A stretch of 64,000 nucleotides of DNA from Lytechinus pictus (Eukaryota). The notes under the pieces were generated by a model, which saw only the letters and a list, made by a program, of their open reading frames with translations, ran no database searches and was not told where the DNA came from. Of this stretch, positions 52,147 through 64,000 are shown in pieces. The translations under genes and the position numbers were made by a program. The stretch is taken from the NCBI RefSeq assembly GCF_037042905.1, contig NC_087245.1:20462001-20526000 (forward strand), given 5' to 3'. Positions within the stretch are counted from its first letter, which is position 1. Each line of letters begins with the position of its first letter.

Positions 52147-52352
52147 CACTGTTCAATATAATTGAAAATGAAAACATGCTGTTTACTATGTGAATCTCAC
52201 AGTAGTTGTTTAAACAGTTTAAAAAAGCGTTTAAAATCTTAAACAACCATGCTTAAATTATTGATAATTAAATATTTGAATTTAAACTTTGTTGTTGAAG
52301 ATTTTAAACACTTGTTATTTCTATTATTTTATTGTCATTATTTTTAACAGTG
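52147..52352. mobile_element. CACTG-ended MITE remnant
   Basis: TA|CACTGTT...AACAGTG|TA; internal TTTAAAC-type repeats also seen near 26190-26320. Confidence 0.5.
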
Positions 52353-52974
52353 TACAAAAGGTGAAAGAGTACTCCCACCAAATCATTAAATTCTCAAACT
52401 TGTTTAATGAAGAGTTATTTTCTTGTTTACAGTACATTGTATTTGTTTTTGCAAACATAAATCCAGTACACTGTACAACTATCCACCTTACAAGTGTCTA
52501 GTATAAAAATAAAGGCTACATAAAAAATATTATGTATTCTGATATGAATCATCATCTTCACAATGAAATCAGCATCCATCGTAAATATTAATCATCATAA
52601 TGCAGAAGAGATAAATTAGGTCAAGTCAGGATCCATCAATCAGAAACCAATATCAATATTATGCAGTGAGGTTCAATTCAAACATACATGTAGACAGCAT
52701 TCTACGAATTTCCCATATTGATAATTACTAAATTTCATTAAAACAGCTGATCATCACAAAGCAATTCCTTTTTTTCCAATCATGATTCATTTTGATTATA
52801 CTTTCTTCAAAGTATAATTACATTGAACATGCTACATACTATACACTCACCCCACCCTCCTCTCTCTCTATATATATATATATATGTCCATCTCCCTCTC
52901 TAATATCACAATGCAATGTGCCTTTCAAATGAAACAAATATTCAGAAAGCTTTTAGGATGCAATATGTACAATT

Positions 52975-53355
52975 ATAAAATAGTTGTATTATTTCAAGCA
53001 TCGCGATTGGTCAATACGCGTCACATGACATCCAACTTTTTTTGTGCACTGCACGGTAGTGCAAAAGGTGTGCAACGAAAATTGACATTGCACGCTCGAG
53101 CAAACCAGTGCGGTAAAGTCCAACAAAACTGTACTGTAACTTTTTAAAAAATTGTTTCTGTGTTGCTATTTTATAAAACAAATAATGCACTTGCTCTGTC
53201 GTGCGTAAAAGTAAATGCAGAGAAAGCTCGGTTTCTTCAGCTGGAGCACACTGGGCACTCGCCGCAAGCGGCTCGTGCACAGTGCGACTCCTATCTAAAG
53301 AAACCTCGCGTGCTCTGCATTTCCACTAACGCACTCGGCTGCATGCATTATTTGT
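52975..53355. repeat. Probable interspersed repeat (CpG-rich, with a short GC hairpin)
   Basis: Abrupt CpG enrichment; CACTCGCCGCAAGCGGCTCGTG hairpin; GATTGGTC...CACATGAC head. Family not assigned. Confidence 0.35.
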
Positions 53356-56300
53356 ATATTAAACTTTGCAAGCGAATCATTTGGAGTTGTACAGTTGTAA
53401 TGGGGTAGACTTTGCTTCCATATTGCAAAATCCTTTTTCAACGCCGAAAAGTATTCATTTATGTTTTTAAAGTTAAGCAGAGATGTTTTGCTTTGCAGAT
53501 AATTACATGTATGCATCAAAATAGATAAAATATACTGAAGTAGATATTAAGAGTCTATCATTTTCAAAAGGCCAAAGGTTTCAGTCCTAATTGGTAAATA
53601 GCATGATGGCATAGAATTGGATCAGGAGGAATCAAACAAAAACATAAAACTACAACAGGATGAAATATGATAAAGTTTATAATACAGAGAAAGAAAACTT
53701 ACAAATTAATTTACTACAAAATGAGCTCAGCCCACGCATTCAAAACAGAAATTGAGACACTCCCAGGCAGAAAAGTACATGTACAGTGTACCATGTGTAC
53801 TGGTGGATCTTTCAAAATAATGAATAAAATTATAAAGAACAAAATCAAAAAGACATTTCCTTTCTATAGTATCAAGGAATCAAATTTTCAAATGATGAAT
53901 TACACTTTTAAAAAATATATATTTCAAAACTTTAAAATTGTAGGGTTATAAATGTTTGTTTATTTCTTTCCTTTTTTCATTCTTTCGTTTCCTGGCATTT
54001 TGAAGGTGAAGAAGTAGTTTTTGATATTTTATACACAGATGATAATTGAAAAGTTGTACACAGTTTGAATACAATTCACATAAAAAAATTGAACAGTACA
54101 TGAACGTGTTAATTGTACTGCAAAAATAAAAAATCTTTACTACAACAAAATTTAAGTAATGTTTCAGGATTTGTTTTCATGTAAATTGGTATTTGATACA
54201 GTAGATAAAATTAATATGGAGAATTGACAGAAACAAACTCAATATTTTAAAGAAACACTTGTAAAACAATAATGGCAAGAGTTTTAATATGATTTGATTT
54301 CAAAATACTTATGTGCAAGGTAACATAACTTATTCCCTTGTTCTCTCTTTAATCAATACCACCCTCAACCTAGTCTGCAGGCACAGACCCCGATTGAAAC
54401 TTTAACATGTGGGTATCCACGCAAAGACTAGCTCATGTACAAAACTTGAGAGGTCCTTCAGTACACAAGGCATGAGTAGGCTGCACATTCAGACCCTAAC
54501 TCGAGTGAAGGGTTTGCACAGCAGACTACCCCCAGCTCATCCCTCCTCATTCACATTGAACACAGTTGAAGGTAATTCCATATACATTCAATTGACATGC
54601 CTGAACAAAAAAACATGTTATTGATTGATTTTAAAACACATAGTAATTGTTTGCACATGGAAAGTACAGAAAACCATTTGCAGGTCATAAAAAGTCTGAA
54701 TTAAATTACAAGTACCGGTAGACTGTAACTTGAAGAAAAGCTTTACAGCAAGACAATTTTAATATGTACTAAATAATAGAACAACAACCTGGCTATTTGA
54801 TTCAATTGCTTTATTAATAAGAATTCTGTTGGTATTTCATAAATATTTCAAACATCACTCAAATATTGATGTTCATTGTGGGTTGTGGTCAGTCCTAACG
54901 AGTCGACAGGCCAATCTGTCTACTCTACACGGACATGTTCATAATGCTTGCAAAATCGCCATACATAAATTATGCACATTTTATAGCCTGAATATTGAAA
55001 CGTGTTTGTGCAAATTTTAACAGGTTGAATTTAGTGTACAGTATGCCTTTAATTGAAGCACAGGATGCAATGTTTTATCTCCTTTTAAAACCAAAGATTT
55101 TCAGATATTGTACATTTATCACAAATCTTCATTTCCTTAAAAAGTATCACAATATTTATGATTGAAATACTCCAGTTCTAGTTTGTGCTTTATAGTGATT
55201 TGTTCAAACTGAAGAATAAGTACGATATGCTGCCAGATGATAAGAGATCAATGCACGTCTGCTGAGAGTAACATGCATTGCACATAAAAATGCATTTTAT
55301 GAATGAGATGCATGAAAAAGATGAATAAAAATGTGATGTCTGAATAGTTCTGCTGCTTTCAGTCATATAGCTTAAATGTGAAGGCATCTGAGAAGCAATC
55401 CTTTGTAGCTAATATTTTGATACAATATTCTTCCAAAAGAACATGAAAAGAACTTGATAGCCCATATATTATTTGCATTTTTACCACAACAGGAGTTTTT
55501 CCTTTACATTAACCCTTTATATATTTCTCACAAGTTAAAACAAGCTTTGTATGATTTCTTTTTTAGTATATGCCTTTAATTCAAATTTAGTCTACAGTCT
55601 TCTGAATGATGAAATAACATACCAGTACATTTAATATTAATTGAAATGCTAAATTCACAATGATTCATCATGCTCAGTTACCTCATTCTCAACAATATAT
55701 CCATGCCTGGCTTCTTCAGAACAAAGAAGGTATTCAGAAATGAAAATAATTCAATATTCCAAGGCCCTAGATTCTGAGCAGTTAAATTTAGAATGTAGAA
55801 AAAAAAATTAAAAGACTGATGTGCAACGTACTATAAAATTGAAACTAAAGGGTTGAACCAGAAGAAAATAAATTCCTGACTACATAGAAGATAATGGTAA
55901 TACTGGGGACTATTTTGCAACATACTCTACTTTTACTTGTTTGTTCTTTTTAGGGGGGTACATAGCTGTAGCCCTTGACCTTCATGTAACTGGGTAGATA
56001 AAAAAAAGTGCATGTGTAAACTTTCATGTACAGAACTTGAGATAAGTATGTTATTTTTAAACATACATTGAACTTCGGTATTATAACCAAAGTCCAGAAA
56101 ATCCCTTCTACAGGCTAGTAAACACAATAGCACTTTACTAGCCAATCTGGACAAGTCACTTTGAATGAATAGGGCCTATGTCCAGCTAATGAGTAGAAAA
56201 GTAATATATGGAGTGAAATAAAATGCTATAAATCGACTGAAATAAAATGAAATTACTGTACTATATGTAGAAATACCAAAAGTATAATGCAGATTCATAT

Positions 56301-59300
56301 TGTTCATTCTATCCATACTAGAAATTTCAATTAACTAGGCCATGACCCAGAACTGCGAACTTAAAGCATGGCACTATATCATAGATAGCTTCTGAGACTC
56401 TGTGACCCTTGTAATGTATACTTTAATCTTGGGATGATAAACATTTAGGCTACTGTCCATCATATCTTATAAGGTAATGAGGCTGAAAATCCCACAGGGT
56501 CATTTTTGCTTGGAATATATCCAAGGATGGGCTGCAGTAGGTTAAACCTGCTATCACAACACGGCTATAAATATTCATTAGAGGCAAGTCACGTCAATAC
56601 AATCGATAGGTGGAGGCGAAGGCTATCTGCACTGTACCTAAATTGGTTGGAGAGCTGGAGTAGCTAGACGGAGGAAGGCGGGCGAACGGCCTTGTCGATG
56701 GCCAGCCGCTGTGTGGAGAATGGGAGTTTGGATGGGGGTGTTTGGAGTGGGGGAGACAGGATGGAGGAGATGCTGTTTTGAAATATCATGAGCAAGGGAC
56801 AAGATCGCGATTTAATTAAGGATGAAAATTCAATAATACCATTTCTTTTCGATCGAAATCTATTTTCCAGTGTTCCACTATGGCGTCTCCAGATGGGTTC
56901 TTCTTCTTCTGTTCTCCATCCACTTATTCCATTCCTAATTAGTTCTCTTTCTCTCCTTTCCTCATCCTTTCTTTCTCTTTGATCTCCATCAACTGGATAT
57001 TTGCTTGCCTTACCCCTCACCTCTCATCCCTTTACTTCAATTCTCTCACCTCCTCATTCCGCCGCCTCCCATTTCCTGCTCTTTCTTTCATATTCCACTT
57101 TCAAATTATTACAAATTCCTTTACATGTATAATAAAATCAATATTCCCTTTAATAATCCTCTTTTTACATTAATTCAATCAACTTTGATACTGTTTGTAA
57201 TCTATACAAATTATGTCTGTTTGCTTTTAGGAACTCCCTGTACCCTATCCATTAGCTTTGCTCTGATGATATAGAATAATAATCCATACAAGCAATGAAT
57301 GCCTGGCCATGATATTCATTAGGCTCATTTCACATACGGCAACTAAACCTCTTAAACATGAATAACTACTATAACCCAAAACAAAGGCTTTCTCCTTGGG
57401 ACCTTGTAATGTAGCACACTTCCCAATTATACATGTGATATATTTTAGTATCTAGAGCTTCTATCAATGCAAACTCATATCAATAATTTCATGTTGCGAT
57501 TCAAATCAAATGTAAAATATTTTGATTTTTGGTTGTTTCCATTTTAGGGGATGGGTTATTGCTTTTGAGCATGTGAACAGGCAGTAAGTCATGTTACATG
57601 TCAAAGTGCTACTCAGATCAAGGTTTGGGCCAACTGTTTTTATTCCTTGATGAACATGCCTGCAAGGCAAACAATCCATTGAAATATGCCATCTCTAAAG
57701 TTTGGCTTTAGACCGACCCACTCTTCAGGGGCCATGGAAATCCGTAAATGGAATTTGTCTAAGAGCCTTCTAGGCACAAAGAATCATGAATAGTTACAAA
57801 GGCGGTGGTGGAATGCAACACATTAGATTATGGGTAGGTAATTGCTTCATATTCCACTTTCCATGACATACAGTATGGCACTAAAATAATGTTTCTGTAG
57901 GCTCTAATCAGATTTGGATATGAACATATAGAGTGGACATGAACAAATAGATTGCCAATGAAAAATGGCTTATGCTTTATTTGTCAAAGCACATTACAAA
58001 AGTGCCCATAACAAACAAACAAACATGTATTTATTTGTCAACCTTCACGAATACAATATAATTTGAATTGCTTTCAAATGCCAAAACCATGGAGTTAGTA
58101 CGAGATCATATTTTAACATGCAGAGACTGATTTTAGTTGTTAAAGTTGTATAGTAAATATTAAAATCCATGAGATTTTAGGAATACATTAAACATTCACT
58201 CTGTAACCGAAATATAACATTTTGCAAGAAGGATATGAGCACTCAGAGCAAGTCAACAGACAAAAATATTGTTTGCTAAATACCTGTCTGTAAAGAAAGT
58301 GTTTGTATGCTATTAAATCAACGAGGATGTCCTTTACAAAACACATGAACTTATCAAAGCCTTCTAAACTTTAGTAAAGATCATATTGAATGTATGTGAA
58401 TTGTTTTGAATTATTATCTTACAGAAGTGTCTTGTGACCTTCATAGCATTCAGTACAAAAATTATCTCTTTTTGTTTATTTTTCTGAATAAAGGCCTATT
58501 TAAACACCTCTCCAATTGCATATTCTACAAATAATAAAAACTACTATTACACAAATTGAATCCTGATATTGTCACATTTCATGCCTGAGATTTGGTTTCA
58601 TACCAATATATTTTTCATCTCATTTGGTTTGTGGCCCAGCTTTTTGAATTGGCATAAATTTAGCCATACAAATATTATATTAGAATTGAGATCACATCCT
58701 TCACATAGACATATCTGATAATTAATTTAAACTCTGAAAATGAGTAATCTTTACATTTACAAATACTAAAACTTAATAAGGACTTTAAAGATATGGTTGC
58801 TTTTTTAAGCGATAAATGAACTTGGAGAAAGCAATTGGAAAAATCCTCTCATGAACAGTGGAGACACTTATAAACAACATTCCCAACTCATTGTATCTCA
58901 CACTGAAATGATGTGTTGTGATGGCTGAGATCTTGATTAAAAACAGCTTGACCTGAGGGAGAACTAGCTAAATTGCAGCATATCTGATACCCTGAGCTGA
59001 ATAATATTGATAGGTCGACAGGTAGAGGGAGGTAAGTGGCAGGTGAACGACCCTCCTCTCGAAAAACATTGAAGTTTTGATAATGATATCAGGGAGGAAA
59101 AGAGAACTGTGTTCCAAGAACATTAATTCTGGATTTGGAGATGGAAACTGAAGGGGGAAAAACAACTAGGCCCTACATGTATTGGAAAATTGTTTTGAAA
59201 AATAATCATTCATTGCACGTTCATGTAAATAGTTCATCTAATATCAAAGATATTATAATTGCAATTGTTCACACATTTATCCATTAAAATGCAATAATTG

Positions 59301-62300
59301 ATTAATCATCACTGCCATGACAGACGAGACCATGTGACTTAATCAGTAGAGCTCTACAAACCCCATCCATATAATGTACAGAGGAAAGTGGAAGAATAGA
59401 CAGCTTAATACACCACATTCATTTAAAGGGACTGCAGAAAGGGGGTCATGTTCAGCCCCCCCCCCTTCACATCCATTCCATAGCCCCTGTCTTACATAAT
59501 TATAAGGAGCACATAATATCTTGATATGGCAGCAGCAACATACCTCTGCAACAACTTTTACTGGGTCATGTGAGGGATCATGTGACAGTATTGGGGGTGA
59601 ACAGCCAGGCTCTGAAAACAAGCTTCCCTCATCAGCTACATGAAGACAAGTGAGCATTAATAACACACAACATGACACATCATTCCTTGGAGGATCGATC
59701 TAAACGAGCCCTTAGGGGGATTCTCAGACAGGATATATGAGATACCTCTGATGAATGATATTGCCTGTTGAGTGCAAAGAGGGGGTTAACCCTAATAAAC
59801 GATATCACCTACAGAGAGCAAGAAGGGCAATAGGATCTATGGGTATTTGGAATAAGGTGTTTACCGTATACAATATAAGGGTACACAGGTTTGTTTAAAG
59901 AGTTTTGCTTCGGTTCAGATATTTTTTAACATGCACGTTCAGTATGTTTTGTTTAAATCTACACCTTGGTAAGTAGAATATTGATGGCGCATGATTAGTG
60001 TCGTATCATCATTGAACAAATACAAGTAAATCAATAATGATAAATAAACAACTACCCTAAACAGGAAGAAGAAAGAAAATAAAGCAAGAACCAATAGAAA
60101 AATAAGAAAGATCAGCACTATCAGAAGTAGATATGAACCCATTGGATATGTACATGAATGTACATATGTGCACAACATAACACCAAAGACACTATAAGGG
60201 AAGACCGGACACTTCAACGATTTTTTGAAATGCTTGATTTCGCTCATGGGAGAGGGTGCCTATAAACAGCTTTGAGTAAATAAACTATCGCACATTGACA
60301 CGCTGCTGTGTATTAAACATATGGGGAAAATGAGAGAGGGGATTTGGGAGAGGGCACAAGGGCGGCGCATATTTTCTACCTTTTATTACCCTGGAACCTC
60401 AATTCTAATTGAAGAAAAAAAATTAAATGTAAAAATCGTCCCTTCCTCCACTCCTCCCCCATTTCCCTCATATGTTTTGTTTGTACACAACCAAAAATGG
60501 CGATACACGAAGGCTGGCAAAGGTTTACTAACTGACCGCTGTCTGTGGGGCGCCTTTCCCGAGCATTTCATTGCGCGCTCTAGTGACTGTCCAGTGTTCC
60601 TCTTGGCGTGGTCTTTGATAACGCACACACACAAACATTCATATTTCAGATTCTGCCAACATTTAAAAGTTTGCTTGCAAAAGTATCCCCCATGCATATA
60701 TTGTATAACAAAATACAGACTCTGTATTAAAGTTACTGGACCTTGCAACAGAAAAGATAAAATCAGGTGTATAATTACTCATAGCTGTAAGTCTATATAG
60801 CAAGCCATGAACAATTGTTTAGAAACAATCATAAATAATTTCATCTCCATATGTTACATTGCCTAGGAAATACACTGCTTTTTATACCACTCTAAACCGA
60901 GGCCTCATACTAGTTTAGGTACATATGCGCTTTTATTACTTCTCCTTGAAGAACTCAAGGGAAATTATGTCCATCTAAGTGTCCGACATTTAAGGAATTG
61001 TTTGCTTGCTATTTACTTGTTTTTGCATATGCTCTCCAGAGATATCAGCAGTGTCTACTTGGAAAGCATGTATCTAATTCAGTAACTAATATGGAACAAG
61101 TACCCATAGCCCAAGGTGCTATCTTAGAGTGGTAACATTATGAAAAGATCAATTGAAGCTCTTGTATAAAAGCAAACAAACAATTCATGCCATTTAAATG
61201 GCACAATCGGACGATTCATCTGAAATAAAGATTTGATGATCAATAAGAGTGTGTTGGACGCAGCTTTATTACAGCTTGATTATATGGACCAGGCTATTGC
61301 CGCGAGGGGGTTATAGTATTGCGATGATACCCGGGTTAATTCCATTTACACGACAGGTAGGATATCGGGCACAAGGGGTATCTACGGAAGACGGTATTTG
61401 TCTGAGACTGTTACCACGCTGGAGGCCATGTATCACCACCATACTCCGAGGGCTGTGGCGTTCCATGCGTTTGGGCTTCTTCCTTACCACTTTGGTAAAT
61501 AATCATGTCGCGTGAGGCTTCAAGATGTATCGTTTTCACCTCTCCAACTCCGGCGTGTGCAAACACGGGCAGGTGATTAAAGCGACGAGTCATCGGGGGT
61601 AAATACGGGGCTACTTTGGCTCAGCAGGGCAGAGGATACTTCAAACTACCTGTCAAGTTTCCTTGAGCCACGCTGAAATGTTAACATTGCAAATCAGACA
61701 GAAAAAAAGTAGCAATACCTCAAAGATCCTCAAACATCTGCCATTTTAAAGTGCAGGATTACTGGGATACAGAAAATGTATAATCGGCGATTTCTTCATG
61801 GCATAGTAAATCTCGAGATTGAGAGTAATTGACAGACAGCAGCATTTCATTTGCTTTTCTATTCATGATATCTCAATATTATAATTTCTCACATGTATAC
61901 ATGACACTCTTCATACATTGAAAATTTCATGTAATATGTATACAAAGTGAAAATTGAATCATGGAAATTTGGAAAACAAAGTCAAAAGCATTCAAACTAC
62001 AGCAAAAATAAGGTCCACAGCACATAGTTATTCTGAAAATACCCTCTATATCCATAATAATCTTGACCCCTATAAGCTACTTCGAATCCATCCATCTAAT
62101 TGGCAGAGCACAATATTTGTTTTGAAAATCACTGATACGCCAAACATTTCATCAAACGCTCCCCTGTGTACTTAACAGGTGAGGGTTTATTTCTTTCTTC
62201 ATGTTTTTTGGGGGGTGAGGGGAGGGAGGGACACACTCTCCTCTTCTTATCTCCTTGACAGACTTTAACAAAGAGCCATCTTAATGACCTTTGCTGTTTC

Positions 62301-63719
62301 TTATCCTCAAATGAGTAAATCTGGATTATCGAGTGATAGATCAAACACAGTTTGTGTCCATGTCCATACTTGCTAAATTTCACAATGCTCAACTTTAAAG
62401 AGAGGAATGTTCGATGTAGTCTGATCTATGCATACCACATGCAGTCCTCCAATTCTGGATCGCAAATGGATTAAATCTAGGGAAATCAATACCTCTTTAA
62501 AGACTTTGGAGTAAATGAAGCAATACTACAGACAAGGAGATAATGATCAAGTATCTGTTTCTCTCAATCTGACCAGTTTTTCTCAGCACCAATTCTGATG
62601 ATATCAAGAACTATCATCCATGGTGGCAACCCCCCCTGTTTTGCAAAATCTATTTAAAAAAAATCCACATTCCTGCATGTGAACTTTTACGATGAAAATA
62701 TTTCACAAATGGTGCAAAATACATGATCGGTAGTACATGCGTGGGAAAGTTCTGGTACAGATTTATATCTCTGGCTGCATTTATATGACACTGTTTTACC
62801 CTAGAAACAGTTTACAAAGACCTTGTTTCAAACCATGATTGTGTTCAGATAATCTTACTTCATCTGTACTTAAATATCTCTCAAAATGCGAACATGAAAT
62901 GCTGAAAAGGATGTGTTTTGGAAGGAGATTCCGTAGAACCAAAATTGCTGAACATCGCTTAAATGCAAGAGAGATTGCAATCTTGATTATGATCGATATG
63001 ATGGACCCAATAAGGAAATACATTTCCATTGGCAATTGCAGACACTTCAACTTGACCTATGCTACCTAGGTCAAGTGACGACATGTACATGTGTAGACTT
63101 GAAATGAGAATCAGTGTGGATGAAAAATCACTTGAATGCTATATCCAGCAATGGTCGTGTTTTGGTTTAAATAATCTTTAATTCATGCTTGTGATTCCAG
63201 CTTAATAGAATTGACTGAACACATCTTCTTCACCCTCAACTCAGAACCCATAATGACACCATTCAAATTCCCACAGTAATCTGTATCGATTCTAATCCCA
63301 GATGGGAATGTATCATTTCTTTATCTGTCTGGACATGATATCTCATTTGTTTGTATATTTGAAGACTTCAGATGCAAAAGGCAGTGCACACCATTTTTGC
63401 TAAAAACACCCTTTTAAACATATTTTGTAGTTTATACTGACTTACATGTGGGAAAATTTTCTCAGTTACTCCAAATTTCCTGTAATGGAGGTTAGAACTT
63501 TAATTTCAAGATGGGTCCCTGTCTAACCAATACTTTGACATTTTAGAATCGAGTGCATAAATGTTTACTCCTTTTTCAACATCTATATCTGTCAGTCTGG
63601 CTGCAAATATATTTCTAGATATCCTTTCAATCTTCCACATTGTTGATTTGTTTCTTCTCATTGCATTGACGCCCAACGGCGACAATGCATTGTTCTTGTT
63701 CCGTATTCCTATTCCGTCG

Positions 63720-63766
63720 TCTTCTTCTTCTTCTTCTTCTTCTTCTTCTTCTTCTTCTTCTTCTTC
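63720..63766 (+). repeat. (TTC)n microsatellite
   Basis: About 15 perfect units. Confidence 0.95.
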
Positions 63767-64000
63767 CACAAAATCCCATTTGTTTAACACATGGTGTTTG
63801 TTAGCTCTGCCCTGGCTCCGTCCCTCATCCAAATTCATCCAAACTTGGTAGACATGTTGTCCAGCATCCCTAGTTGTGCCCCTCGTCTTTCTTTTTTCAA
63901 AATCACTCATGCATGACCATCTAGGCGCCATTTTGTAAATTTCAAGTCCATTTGCATACCATTACTAATCTCGTCCTAACTCCCGCATCCTGCATTCTAC

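Noticed and set aside
60321..60800. 159-aa ORF and an overlapping antisense 120-aa ORF
   Set aside because: No recognisable domain or exon structure; lengths are compatible with chance.
63506..63931. 141-aa ORF with poly-Glu (and antisense poly-Ser)
   Set aside because: Driven by the (TTC)n microsatellite; no recognisable domain or catulin similarity.

Overview
Eukaryotic, AT-rich genomic DNA from an animal; the repeat landscape suggests a marine deuterostome such as a sea urchin, but that is inference. The window lies within a minus-strand alpha-catulin (CTNNAL1-like, vinculin/alpha-catenin family) gene. I reconstructed 11 consecutive coding exons (31376 down to 237; 1509 nt, 503 codons, all GT-AG and phase-compatible). 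The first coding exon and the 3' exons were not found in the window, so 31377-64000 is probably one large intron. The introns hold many non-autonomous DNA transposons (PIF/Harbinger-, hAT-, Tc1/mariner- and CACT-ended), one tRNA-derived SINE and simple repeats. The most unusual structure is a 2905-bp TA-flanked Tc1 (DD34E) element at 10064-12968 that is a near-perfect palindrome. Its two 1291-bp inverted arms each carry a whole transposase gene, arranged head-to-head: one intact, one with a stop just before the catalytic E. The 323-bp spacer consists of two tandem ~167-bp units that are diverged copies of the element's own subterminal sequence. Coordinates and mismatch counts were read by eye and need computational confirmation.
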